Shown: piece after piece, positions 50,831 through 61,588 of the stretch
How positions within the stretch are numbered: position 1 is the first letter of the stretch
Layout of the letters: each line of letters begins with the position of its first letter
Assembly: GCA_963845245.1 (NCBI GenBank)
Contig: CAWJRJ010000018.1
Location: forward strand, 153,877-217,876
Reading direction: 5' to 3'
From: Nitrospirota bacterium
Lineage (GTDB): Bacteria; Nitrospirota; JACRHJ01
Length of the DNA: 64,000 nucleotides
Notes under the pieces: generated by a model
What the model saw: only the letters and a program-made list of their open reading frames with translations
What the model was told of the DNA's origin: nothing
Database searches by the model: none
Program-made: the position numbers and the translations under genes

Positions 50831-52778
50831 TTAATTGGTCGGTACGTTAAGTGCGGCGGATGTTGGTTTGGACGTGACAATGTACTCCTTGATGCCGTCG
50901 AATATCGCCTGCGCAAGCTCCTGACGGTATTCGGGCGTGCCGAGTTTCGACTCTTCTTCGGCGTTGCTTATGAAGCCGACCTCGGTCAGGATGCTCGGCA
51001 TCTCGGCGCCGTAGAGCACCAGGAACGGGCCCTGCTTCACGCCCTTGTCGTTTATTATGTTGTCCTTCTGGAGGTCCCTCACGAGGCAGGCCTGCACCGT
51101 ATGCGCGAGCCTCAAGGACTCCTCGCGCTTGAAGTCGAGCGCGAAGTCTTTCTGGATGGCGTTCACCACGCTCACGAGCTTTATGTCTTTTAGCTGGTCT
51201 ATCGTCATCATGTTCTCTTTTGCGGCGAGGGCCATGATGTTCCTGTCCTTGGTGGTGTTCAGCAGGTACGTCTCGATGCCCTTCGCGGCCCTGTCCGGGC
51301 TTGCGTTCGCGTGTACCGAGATGAACAGGTCGGCGTCGTACTTTATCGCGATGCCGGGCCTGTCGTTCAGTTCGATGAACACGTCCTTGTCCCTGGTCAT
51401 GACAACCTTGCAGCCGAGTTCCCTCTTTATGATATTCCGCAGCTTCATCCCGATATCGAGCACGACGTCCTTCTCGTAAAGGCCGTTCTTGCCGATAGCG
51501 CCCGTGTCCTTGCCGCCGTGGCCGGGGTCGATCACTATCGTGCCGATGCAGATCTTCTTTGCAGTATTGCTTGCAGTCTCCGTCTTGCATGAGGGGGTTT
51601 CCACTGCCACAGGCTCAGGCTGGACAACAGGCTGGACACTAGACTGTGCATCAGGTTGGACATTGGGTCGGGCTGGGTCGGCTGACAGGCTGGGATTCTG
51701 CTCCTGAGCTGCTTCCACTGGCGCTGTGGCTTTTTCTTCCACAGTCCACCGTCTCCGGCTTTGGCTGGGCATTTCGGCGGGGCCACCGTCGTGGTTACCT
51801 CCAATACCGGGGCCGGGCCTTCGTTCCTTGCGGACTTCAGCGAGATGACCCTTCCATGCCCGGACCTCTTCGCAACCGCCGCCCGTTTCCCTTCGACGTC
51901 TATCACCATCCTCTGCGGGTCGGGAAGCATCAGGGTGCGGTAGTCCGCAATGCTCTCAAGGTCGAGCACCACGCGTACCGTGTCGGCGTTGTACTGGCTT
52001 GCCCTTATCGTCTTCAGTATCCCGTCGTTTATTGTGACAGGCGCTTTTATCAGCGCGGCTTCAAGCGTGCCCTTCTTTATGTCGAACACCAGACGGTCTG
52101 GCCTCTTTATCCTCGACGCCTTGAACGTGGCCTTTCCGCCCAGGTCTATCACGACCCTCGTGTAGCCGGTATTCGACCAGTGCCTGATCTCCTTGACCAG
52201 TGCAGTATCGGAAGTACTTTCCTGTGCGGCAGGCTCGACTGTCTTAACAGGCTCGGCAGGTTTATACGTCAACCTGTGACGGCCTTTTCTTCTTCTCTGG
52301 CTTTTCCGGTCTCTCCGGCGCGGACTGCGGCTTCCTTCACAGGCGCAACTGCGGGTGCGGCGGCGGTGTCCACCCCGGTGAGTGACTTCAGCCGGTCTTT
52401 GGCTGTCTTTGCGTCCGCGGTCTTGGGGTATTTGCCGATGTACTGCTCGTAGTTCTCTATGGCTGAGTCGAGGTCGGCCTGTGCATGTGACAGTTTGTAT
52501 ATGCTGGCGTACGTATCGGCCTTCAGGAATAGAGCCTTCCGGGCGGATGGCGAATCAGGGTACTTTCTGATTATCGTATCAAGCTCGGTTATGCACTTTT
52601 CCCACTCGTGGTGGAACTTTCTCTTCTTTTTGTCTTTGGAGAGCTTTGCCAGGTGGGCGGACGCCTTCTGCAACAGCCTCTGGTCCTGCCCCTGTGAGGC
52701 AGCGGATATGGACGGGGATACCAGAAGGGCTGTAACCATCGACAGACAAACAAGAAATGCAACGGCGTACTTCGCCAT
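50831..52778 (-). CDS. amiC: N-acetylmuramoyl-L-alanine amidase (TPR-like, AMIN, Amidase_3), frameshifted
   Basis: IRHWSNTGYTRVVIDL AMIN-type region; IDPGHGGKD, ISVHAN and TEVGFISN. Confidence 0.82.
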
Positions 52779-52930
52779 AATGTTTAAACTCCTTGATAAA
52801 TAAAACGGAAACTCCTTAATAATAATGTTATTGAAAAGGCAAGTCAACTACAATTAAGGCGGTTTGTCTTGAAAAATAGGCATGGTTGTGCTATTAATAC
52901 CTACTTATCATTAAACAAGGAGTAAAAGTT

Positions 52931-54288
52931 TTGGCCATACCGACAGTAGCAATCGTCGGCCGCCCCAACGTGGGGAAGTCGACGCTGTTTAACAGGATAC
53001 TAAGGAAAAAGGTTGCGGTTGTCGAGGATACCCCTGGCGTTACACGTGACAGGAACTATGCCATGGCCGATTATGAGGACAGGCGTTTTACGCTTATCGA
53101 CACCGGCGGGTTCGAGGCCGCGTCCGAAGACAGCGTCCTTGTCCAGATGAGGGAGCAGACCTCGCTTGCTATCCAGGAGGCGGACGTAATCATCTTCGTC
53201 GCCGACGTCAAGGAGGGGTTGAACGCGTCGGACATGGCTGTTTCCGAGATACTAAGGAAATCAGGCAAGCCAGTCCTGTACTGCATAAACAAGGTGGACG
53301 GCCCCAGGCTGGAGGACGCGGTATACGACTTCTACAGGTTCGGGGCGGACGAGCTGTTCTCGGTTTCGGCCCTCCACGGCCCGGGGTTCGTGGAACTGAT
53401 GGACCACTTGCTGGATGTGCTGCCGCCCGATACCGGAGTACCGGAGGATGAAGAGGAAACCTCTGCCCACGTCGCAATCATCGGCAGGCCGAACGTCGGC
53501 AAGTCCAGCCTCCTGAACACCCTTACCGGCGAGAAGAGGGCGGTCACGGACAACACGCCCGGCACGACCGTCGACTCGATTGACACCCCGGTCAAATATT
53601 ATGGCAAGAAATACAACCTCATCGACACCGCCGGCATCAGGAGCAGGGGTAAGATCGAGTGGGGGATAGAGAAGTACAGCGTGATAAGGGCGATAAAGGC
53701 CGTCGAGCGCTGTGACGTCGCCCTGCTGCTCATAGACGCCGCCGAAGGGGTGACCGAACAGGACAAAAAGATCGGCGGGATAGCCCACGAAGAGGGAAGG
53801 GCGTAATAATCGTCCTCAATAAATGGGACCTGCTTGAAGAGAAGAAAAGCGGTACTCTGAGCGAGTATACGAGGAAGGTCCGCGAGGAGATGAAGTACCT
53901 CGATTACGCGCCCGTCATCTCCATATCCGCCCTTACGCGTCAGCGTGTAGGCAAGATCTACGAACTTATCGATGAGGTCGTGGAGCAGGGCAGGAAGAGG
54001 ATATCGACGCACCAGCTCAACAAGGTGCTTGAGGACGCCGTGGGCCTGCACCCGCCAGGTATGCACAAGGGACGCAGGATAAAGTTCTACTACATCACCC
54101 AGGGCGACACTGCCCCACCGACCTTCATAGTGTTCGTTAACAGGCCGGAAGGCGTCCATTTCTCATACCTGAGATATCTTGAAAACAAACTCAGGGATAA
54201 ATTCGAATTTACCGGCAACCCGGTCAGGATATTCCTGAAGAAAAGACATAAGAGCGAGCCGGAGGATTCCGATGCGGCTGGTGTCTAG
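52931..54288 (+). CDS. der: Ribosome biogenesis GTPase Der/EngA (frameshift near 53800)
   Basis: Two GRPNVGKS domains, DTGG/DTAG, NKVD/NKWD and KH-like C-terminus. Confidence 0.96.
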
Positions 54289-55104
54289 TGGTGCATAGCC
54301 GCTGGTTTAAACCTGTTGCAAGACTGTTTGCCGCGTATTTCAAGGACGGCGGCGTATATCTCGCCGGGACGGTATCCTTTTTCGCCCTTATTTCCTTCAT
54401 CCCGCTGCTCTTCCTCATGATAAACGTTTTTGCGAACGTCCTGGGTCATTCCCAGGCCTTGCAGGACGCTGTCATAAACTATTTAAAGGCCCTTTATCCG
54501 ATGGCCGGCCCTGTCCTTAGAAAGAGAGGTCTCCCGGATGGTCAGCCACCGTGAGGCCGGCTGGATAAGCCTGTTTGTTTTCCTCTGGCTTGGCAGCATA
54601 GGCTTCGAGTCCCTTGATTACTCGTTAAACGTCATATTCAAAACGTCGGGCCAGCGGAAGTATCTTACAGGCAAGCTTCTTTCTTTCGGTTTTGTACTTG
54701 TGTCAGGGGTGTTCTTTATAGCCTCGTTTGCGGTCGCATATATCCCAAAGTTTCTCAGGCGCGAGGGTCTGATTATAGACTCCGGTCTCACAAGGTTTTT
54801 GATGCAAAGCGTGTTCATCCAGCTGCTGCCCTTTTTGCTTACGTTCCTCACCTTTACGCTATTATATAAAATCCTGCCTAAGGCAAGGATAACCTACAAG
54901 CAGGCAGCCGTGGGCGGTCTTGCGGCGGCTGTATTATGGGAATCCGCCAAGCATGCTTTTGCATGGTATGTAGCCTATATAGCCGATGTCGGAATTTACG
55001 GCTCCTTCTCCACTATAATACTGTTCCTGTTATGGATATACTATTCCTCTTCGATAATGCTTATTGTCGCGGAAGGCATGTATTTGGGGATTATCGAAAA
55101 ATAG
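54288..55104 (+). CDS. YihY/virulence factor BrkB-family membrane protein (frameshift near 54520)
   Basis: AGTVSFFALISFIP and IYGSFSTIILFLLWIYYS. Confidence 0.85.
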
Positions 55105-55170
55105 CTTGAAAATGTAAGGCTTTACTGCTATTAGTATATAAATGGCATAAAAGTCTAAAATGAGGCGTGG

Positions 55171-56583
55171 ATGAGGAATATTTTGGTATTCGGTTTGGCG
55201 GGCACTTTCATGGAACTGCATGGTGAGTCCCTGTCACACCACGGTTTCGAACCAATAATTTATTCCTCAAAAGTCCCTGTTAGGGAACTTGCCGAGCAGG
55301 TTCCCGTCATAGTAGTTTATTCTGACGTCATCGACAAGACGATCGAGGCCGCGCTCAACACCCTGGTTTCGACTGAACGAAGGGCCCCCATCATTTTTGT
55401 TCAAAACAGCGGCGTCAAATTATCCCCGGTCCTCAGCAAAATAAAACAAAAAGCCAGGTACGTCCTCAAGGACGGCTATACAAAGACAGGTTTCATAAGC
55501 GCAGTGAAGGCCTGCTCTGAACTTCTGGACCTACGGGAAGACCTTGAATCGCTGAAAGGCGAGCTTCGCACCAGGACCTCCGAGTTGTCACACGTCCTGG
55601 ATATAGGCAAGGAGCTGGCTTCTTCGTTCGACCTGCCCAAGGTGCTCGGCAAGATAATGGAGCGGATGTGCATCATGACCGGCGCCGAAAGCTGGGCTGT
55701 GATGCTGGTGGAGGACCCAGACGGCGAGCTGGTGCTCCAGTCTGCCAAGGGTTTTGCCACCAAAAAGGCCAGAAGCCTTCGCCTGAAAATCGGCGAGGGG
55801 ATAGCGGGATGGTGTGCCCAGGACAGAGAGCCGAAACTGATATCCGACGCGGGGAAAGAAAAACACTTCTCCAAAAAGGTCGATAAGGTCACGGGCGTCA
55901 AAGCAAGGTCCTTGATGGCAGTACCGATATTGTCCAGGGACAAACTGCTGGGTGTTATAGAGCTTATTAACAAAAAAAGCGATGCCATGTTCTCCAAAGA
56001 GGACCTCCAGCTTGTTACGAGGCTGCTCGACCAGGTTGCGATCGCCATCGAGAGAGCTGTCATGTACCAGAAGATGGCAGACCTGGTAATAACAGACGAC
56101 CTCACAAAGCTTTTCAACCTCAGATATCTCGACAGGACACTTGAGGTAGAGATCGAAAGGGCGATGAGGTATGGCCTTGCAGTTTGCCTTATATTTATGG
56201 ACATCGACTATTTCAAGAAAGTAAACGACCGTCATGGCCACCTTACCGGAAGCAAGATGCTGGTCGAAGTATCACAGATCCTTTTGAAGGGCCTCAGAAA
56301 GGTCGACATAGTGGCGCGTTACGGAGGGGACGAGTTTGTCATAGTCCTGCCGCAGACCGATATATCCGCAGCCAAGATGATAGCCGAGCGTCTAAGAAGA
56401 AACATCGAGAAAAACACATTCCTGAAATCTGAAAACCTGTCCATCAAAATAACCGCCAGCTTCGGCATCGCATGTTACCCGGTCCATGCCGCCACCAAGG
56501 AAGAGTTGATGCGCCTTGCGGATGAGGCCATGTATAGGGTAAAGTATCAGACCAGGAACAATGTATACGTCTTCGGCGCGTAA
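55171..56583 (+). CDS. Diguanylate cyclase: degenerate receiver-like N-terminus, GAF, GGDEF
   Basis: GEGIAGW and LLGVIELINK GAF; DIDYFKKVND, RKVD I-site and RYGGDEF. Confidence 0.9.
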   Translation: MRNILVFGLAGTFMELHGESLSHHGFEPIIYSSKVPVRELAEQVPVIVVYSDVIDKTIEAALNTLVSTERRAPIIFVQNSGVKLSPVLSKIKQKARYVLKDGYTKTGFISAVKACSELLDLREDLESLKGELRTRTSELSHVLDIGKELASSFDLPKVLGKIMERMCIMTGAESWAVMLVEDPDGELVLQSAKGFATKKARSLRLKIGEGIAGWCAQDREPKLISDAGKEKHFSKKVDKVTGVKARSLMAVPILSRDKLLGVIELINKKSDAMFSKEDLQLVTRLLDQVAIAIERAVMYQKMADLVITDDLTKLFNLRYLDRTLEVEIERAMRYGLAVCLIFMDIDYFKKVNDRHGHLTGSKMLVEVSQILLKGLRKVDIVARYGGDEFVIVLPQTDISAAKMIAERLRRNIEKNTFLKSENLSIKITASFGIACYPVHAATKEELMRLADEAMYRVKYQTRNNVYVFGA

Positions 56584-56604
56584 ACTGTAAGACAGGGAGG
56601 CTAC

Positions 56605-58098
56605 ATGGTCCTGATAAACTATGCTACCAAGGAGATTGTCGCAAAGGTGGTCTATTACGGCCCCGGTCTTTGCGGCAAGACCACAAACCTTCAGTATATC
56701 TACACAAGACTCAACCCCAAAAAACGCGGGAAGATGATATCCCTTGCAACAGAGGCCGACAGGACGCTCTTCTTCGATTTTCTACCGGTCGAGCTTGGTC
56801 TGGTGCAGGGGTTCAAGGTACGTTTCCAGCTGTATACGGTGCCTGGACAGGTCTTCTACAGCGCCACCCGAAAACTCGTCCTCAAGGGTGCGGACGCACT
56901 GGTATTTGTCGCCGATTCTCAGGCTGATGTCCTGAACAAAAACATCGAGAGCATCGATGATATGAAACAGAACATGCTTGAGAACGACCTCGACCCTACG
57001 ACGATCCCGATTGTATTCCAGTACAACAAGCGCGACCTTGATAATACGGTCGATGTATGGCTTCTTGAGAAGAAACTGAACTACAGGCAGGCGCCTTCCT
57101 ACGAAGCCGTGGCTGTCGGCGGTGCCGGTGTCATGGAGACCTTCATGGGAATAACAAACCTTCTCATCAAGGACCTCAAGAGGAAGCATACACTTATGGA
57201 CACCGATACGCTCAAAGAATTGCCGCCTGACATATTTGCACAGAAGGCTGAAAAGCCTGTCGAGCCGGAGGAAGAGATACCAATCGAGGCTGTGCTTGAG
57301 ATAGGTTCAGGGTACGCACAGGGAGAAGACAATGATGTCATGGCGGGCGAGCTTCTCGACCAGATGGAGACGATTGCTTTGGCAGATGCAGTCCAGGCCG
57401 AGGCATTCTTTGATAATGTCAGAAAGGGAACTCCGACCGAGGAGGCTAGACAGAAGGCCGAAAACATTGTCCCTTCCGCTCAACCCGCACTGGAGGATAT
57501 TGGAGAGGTCGAGTATGAACTTGAGCTTGAACCAGAATCTTCGGAACAAACGCCGGAAATAAAGCCGGCCACGGAGAAGTCTGTAGTAGAGCCTGTTGTT
57601 GGGTTTGAAGCTGCGTCCGAGGAAGAAGTATCAGGGGGGTTTCTGGGGCTTGATATGACGTCGCCGGAGATGATGGAGCCGGAGGGGGTCACAGCGCCTG
57701 GGCCCAATGCATTCGAGCCTTCGGACCCGGAAGTCGCGTCGGTAATTTCAAGCAATCTTGCAACGAGGTTGGAAATTGACCTCTCAGAAATAACCGACGC
57801 CCTTGCGAGGCTTGAGGATGAGGTAGCTGCTCTAAGAAAATCCATCGATGCCATCAAGATACCGGAGAACTCAAAAGTCGCCGGCGACGGGGCGCTTCTC
57901 TCTCGGATAGAGGCCCTGGAGAATTCTTTTAAGATATCTTTGGAAGGGCAGGACAGACTGCTCCTAGCGATACTGGAGTCGGTCCGCGAGGCAAAGAAGC
58001 TTAATCTTGAAGCCTATGAACAGATGGAGGACGGGATTAAATATATAGTTGACAAGGTAAGAGAGGAGCCCAAAGACGCCAGGAAGAAATGGTTCTGA
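56605..58098 (+). CDS. MglA-family small GTPase fused to a ~300-aa acidic linker and coiled-coil tail
   Basis: GPGLCGKTTNL, DRTLFFDF, YTVPGQ and QYNKRD; C-terminal E/P-rich region; ends RKKWF. Confidence 0.85.
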   Translation: MVLINYATKEIVAKVVYYGPGLCGKTTNLQYIYTRLNPKKRGKMISLATEADRTLFFDFLPVELGLVQGFKVRFQLYTVPGQVFYSATRKLVLKGADALVFVADSQADVLNKNIESIDDMKQNMLENDLDPTTIPIVFQYNKRDLDNTVDVWLLEKKLNYRQAPSYEAVAVGGAGVMETFMGITNLLIKDLKRKHTLMDTDTLKELPPDIFAQKAEKPVEPEEEIPIEAVLEIGSGYAQGEDNDVMAGELLDQMETIALADAVQAEAFFDNVRKGTPTEEARQKAENIVPSAQPALEDIGEVEYELELEPESSEQTPEIKPATEKSVVEPVVGFEAASEEEVSGGFLGLDMTSPEMMEPEGVTAPGPNAFEPSDPEVASVISSNLATRLEIDLSEITDALARLEDEVAALRKSIDAIKIPENSKVAGDGALLSRIEALENSFKISLEGQDRLLLAILESVREAKKLNLEAYEQMEDGIKYIVDKVREEPKDARKKWF

Positions 58099-58116
58099 CG
58101 CCGGGAAATAAATAAG

Positions 58117-58323
58117 ATGATGGAGCCTATCATGTGCCCCTTCTGCGGAGGGGCTGAACTTGTTGAACAGGAAGAGTCGGAGATCGAGACAGATGACGAG
58201 TATTGGGTCATCTACCACTGGCATTGCTCGGACTGCGGAGAGGTGTTCGAAAAGATAGTCACCAGGCCCATATCCGAGGCATTCGAAGACATGGAAGACG
58301 ACGAAGGACCGTTGTGGAGTTAA
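58117..58323 (+). CDS. Small acidic zinc-ribbon protein
   Basis: CPFC...CSDC, 68 aa, strongly acidic. Confidence 0.65.
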   Translation: MMEPIMCPFCGGAELVEQEESEIETDDEYWVIYHWHCSDCGEVFEKIVTRPISEAFEDMEDDEGPLWS

Positions 58324-58448
58324 GATATTTTCCGGATAAGTAAATCATTTACTTTAGAATGGTGTTTTATTTTGGCATGTGCTTTAAGTAATATTACCGA
58401 TATTATTTATTGCTTCTTCCTGAATTTAAAAATTTAGATAAATTGTTC

Positions 58449-58478
58449 TTGACAACATGCTTTGTTTTAGAATAATAT
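58449..58478 (+). promoter_or_regulatory. Sigma70 promoter of the nuo operon
   Basis: TTGACA-N18-TAATAT in an AT-rich intergenic region. Confidence 0.55.
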
Positions 58479-58550
58479 TGCACCCGGTTCGCTAATTAAG
58501 TCATTAGCTAAATTTATAATTAAGCAAAACCAAGCGTTTAGGAGGCCGGT

Positions 58551-58931
58551 GTGGTTGATCTACCTGGAACACTACTTCCGCTTAATTACTGGCCGGTATT
58601 AATCTACCTTCTTGTGGCAATCGCCTTTGGGGTAGTTACCATATCGGTCGGATACCTGTTTCGTCCGAGCCATCCTGACCCCTCAAAACTCTCCCCTTAT
58701 GAATGCGGTTGTCCCCCAGTCGGGGATGCCAGAGAAAAATTTTCCGTCCGTTTTTATATTATCGCCATGCTCTTTGTGCTGTTCGACCTTGAGGCTGTTT
58801 TCATGTATCCCTGGGCGATCTCTTTCGACAGGCTCGGGGTTGTCGGAATCGTAGAGATGGCGCTTTTCATTCTGATACTCCTGGTCGGATATCTCTACGC
58901 ATGGAAGAAAGGGGCCCTTGAATGGGACTGA
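58551..58931 (+). CDS. nuoA: NADH-quinone oxidoreductase subunit A
   Basis: [15 protein letters not shown] and WKKGALEW. Confidence 0.95.
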   Translation: MVDLPGTLLPLNYWPVLIYLLVAIAFGVVTISVGYLFRPSHPDPSKLSPYECGCPPVGDAREKFSVRFYIIAMLFVLFDLEAVFMYPWAISFDRLGVVGIVEMALFILILLVGYLYAWKKGALEWD

Positions 58932-59428
58932 TCGAGGGACGTTTCGAGGACAACTTCATAACCACACGGGTGGACTGGCTTGTTAACGCCGCCAGGGCCT
59001 ATTCAATCTGGCCGATGACATTCGGGCTCGCATGCTGCGCTATCGAGATGATACATGCATACGGCGCTCCTCAGATGGACTTCGACCGTTTCGGTGTCAT
59101 ACCGAGGGCCACGCCGCGCCAGTCCGACCTCATGATCGTCGCCGGCACGCTTACCAAGAAGATGGCCCCGGTTCTCAGGAAGGTTTACGACCAGATGCCA
59201 GAGCCCAGGTGGGTCGTCGCCATGGGCAGCTGCGCATGCACGGGCAACATCTACAACACCTACAGCGTCGTCCAGGGCGTAGACCAGATAGTACCGGTCG
59301 ACGTGTTCATCCCGGGCTGTCCGCCCAGGCCGGAGGCGCTTTTCTACGGGATAAAGAAACTCCAGGATAAGATAATGCAGGGGCGTTACGTGAGGAAGCC
59401 CTTGTTCACACAGGAAGAGATAGTTTAG
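58922..59428 (+). CDS. nuoB: NADH-quinone oxidoreductase subunit B
   Basis: [14 protein letters not shown] and PGCPPRPE. Confidence 0.96.
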   Translation: MGLIEGRFEDNFITTRVDWLVNAARAYSIWPMTFGLACCAIEMIHAYGAPQMDFDRFGVIPRATPRQSDLMIVAGTLTKKMAPVLRKVYDQMPEPRWVVAMGSCACTGNIYNTYSVVQGVDQIVPVDVFIPGCPPRPEALFYGIKKLQDKIMQGRYVRKPLFTQEEIV

Positions 59429-59907
59429 TGCATCCAGAGAATATAGTAGAGCAGATAAAAGAGCGTTTCCCGGACGAGGTTACCGATTCGGGAAGCACGT
59501 TCGGTCAGACCTGGGCGGTCCTCCGCAGGGAAAAACTGGCTGCGATCTGCCGTTTCCTGAAAGACGACCCCGACATCAGGATGGACTATCTCATCGACAT
59601 AACCGCCGTTGACTGGTATCCAAACACCCCGCGTTTCGAGGTCGTCTATCATCTGCACTCCATGAAACACATGCACAGGCTTCGCCTGAAGGTCCCCCTG
59701 GAGGAGGACGACGCCACCGTTCCTTCTGTCGACGGTATCTGGAAGACCGCCTGCTGGCACGAGCGCGAGACATACGACTTGTTCGGTATAAAGTTTGACG
59801 GGAACTCCGACTTGAGAAGGATCCTTATGCCGGATGACTGGGAAGGCCATCCGTTGCGCAAGGATTACCCGCTTGAAGGCACGGAATGGCAGTTCAAGCC
59901 CTGGTGA
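59428..59907 (+). CDS. nuoC: NADH-quinone oxidoreductase subunit C
   Basis: [10 protein letters not shown] and GHPLRKDYP. Confidence 0.95.
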   Translation: MHPENIVEQIKERFPDEVTDSGSTFGQTWAVLRREKLAAICRFLKDDPDIRMDYLIDITAVDWYPNTPRFEVVYHLHSMKHMHRLRLKVPLEEDDATVPSVDGIWKTACWHERETYDLFGIKFDGNSDLRRILMPDDWEGHPLRKDYPLEGTEWQFKPW

Positions 59908-59940
59908 TGCAATAAACAATCCCTGAGAAAATCGACCAAG

Positions 59941-61116
59941 ATGTCACTGGATACAAAAGAGATCACGGTAAACATGGGCCCACAGCACCCCAGCACGCAT
60001 GGGGTACTGAGGCTTATACTCGAGCTTGACGGCGAAGTCGTAGTATCCTGCACGCCGCATATCGGCTACCTGCACAGGGGCTCGGAGAAGCTTGCTGAAA
60101 ACCGCACCTACCAGCAGATAGTGCCTCTCACGGACAGGTTCGACTACCTTTCATGCGGTAACAACAACCTCGCATACGTTATGGCAGTGGAGAAGATGAT
60201 GGGTATAGAGGTGCCTGAGAGGGCCGACTATCTCCGTACCATCATGGCCGAGCTGTCCAGGATATCCGCCCATCTCCTCTGGCTTGCCACGCACGCCGCG
60301 GACATTGGCGCGGTCACCGTGCTTCTGTACTGCCTGAGGGAGAGGGAAGAGTTACTGGCCCTTTTCGAGCTTATCTCCGGCGCAAGGCTCACTGTCAGCT
60401 ACGTGAACATCGGCGGTGTCAGGCGCGACGCCACACCCGAGTTCATCAGGCGCACGCGTGAGATAATGGACTACATGCCGCGCCGTATAGATGAATACAA
60501 CACCCTCATCATGGAGAACCGCATATTCCTGGGGCGTACCAAGAACATCGGGATAATCTCGTACGACGAGGCCATAGACTGGGGACTGACCGGCGGCTCC
60601 CTCAGGGGGTCCGGCGTTGATTACGACCTGCGCAAGGCTATGCCGTATGCCGCCTATGACAAGGTAAAGTTCGATGTGCCCCTCGGAGAGAAGGGCGATG
60701 TGTACGACCGGTACATCATCAGGATCGAAGAGATGCGCCAGTCTGTCAGCATCGTCAACCAGTGCCTTAACCAGATGCCGGACGGGCCGTACAAGGCAGA
60801 CATACCCACGGTAGTGCTTCCGCCCAAGGACAGGGTGATGGCCGACATCGAGACCCTTGTGCACCACTTCGTGCTGGTCTCGAAAGGCTTCACCGTTCCG
60901 AAGGGCGAGATATACGTCGGATGTGAGGTGCCCAAGGGCGAACTCGGCTTCTATATAGTCTCGGACGGGTCCGAGAAACCCCTGAGGATGAAGGTGCGCT
61001 CCCCGTCGTTCGTGAACCTATCGGTCCTGCCGACGATGGTAAAGGGCCACATGCTTGCGGACATAGTATCGTGCATAGGCAGCATTGACATAGTGTTGGG
61101 AGAGGTCGACCGCTGA
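59941..61116 (+). CDS. nuoD: NADH-quinone oxidoreductase subunit D
   Basis: NMGPQHPSTHGVLR, GYLHRG and DIVLGEVDR. Confidence 0.96.
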   Translation: MSLDTKEITVNMGPQHPSTHGVLRLILELDGEVVVSCTPHIGYLHRGSEKLAENRTYQQIVPLTDRFDYLSCGNNNLAYVMAVEKMMGIEVPERADYLRTIMAELSRISAHLLWLATHAADIGAVTVLLYCLREREELLALFELISGARLTVSYVNIGGVRRDATPEFIRRTREIMDYMPRRIDEYNTLIMENRIFLGRTKNIGIISYDEAIDWGLTGGSLRGSGVDYDLRKAMPYAAYDKVKFDVPLGEKGDVYDRYIIRIEEMRQSVSIVNQCLNQMPDGPYKADIPTVVLPPKDRVMADIETLVHHFVLVSKGFTVPKGEIYVGCEVPKGELGFYIVSDGSEKPLRMKVRSPSFVNLSVLPTMVKGHMLADIVSCIGSIDIVLGEVDR

Positions 61117-61117
61117 A

Positions 61118-61588
61118 ATGGTAAATCTTAGCGAAAAAATACTGGCCGAGATAGAAAAATCGGCATCAAAGTACCCCGACAGGAAGAGCGCTCTGATGGC
61201 CGGACTGTGGGCAGCGCAAAACGAGTACGGGCATCTGGCCCCTGAAGTCCTGGCCTCCGTGGCCGCAGCCGTCGGCGTCTCAAACGCCCATGCACAGGGC
61301 CTTGCCACGTACCACAGCCTATACTGGAAAAAACCGGTCGGCAAATACGTCGTCATGCTCTGCACCAACATCGCGTGCACGCTCATGGGCGCCGAGACGG
61401 TGCTTGAACACTTAGAGAACAAGCTGGACATAAAAGAGGGCGAGACGACTCCGGACGGAAGGTTCACGCTCCAGGAGGTCGAATGCATAGGCTCCTGCGG
61501 GACCGCCCCGGCCATGGTGATAAACGAGACGTTTTATTACGACCTGACCGTCGAGAGGGTTGACGAGATACTGGACGGCCTAAAATAA
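61118..61588 (+). CDS. nuoE: NADH-quinone oxidoreductase subunit E
   Basis: CTNIAC and ECIGSC [2Fe-2S] ligands. Confidence 0.93.
   Translation: MVNLSEKILAEIEKSASKYPDRKSALMAGLWAAQNEYGHLAPEVLASVAAAVGVSNAHAQGLATYHSLYWKKPVGKYVVMLCTNIACTLMGAETVLEHLENKLDIKEGETTPDGRFTLQEVECIGSCGTAPAMVINETFYYDLTVERVDEILDGLK

Noticed and set aside
52931..54288. der (and uvrC, truA, nuoG) as pseudogenes or programmed frameshifts
   Set aside because: der is essential and indels are widespread; sequencing error is more parsimonious
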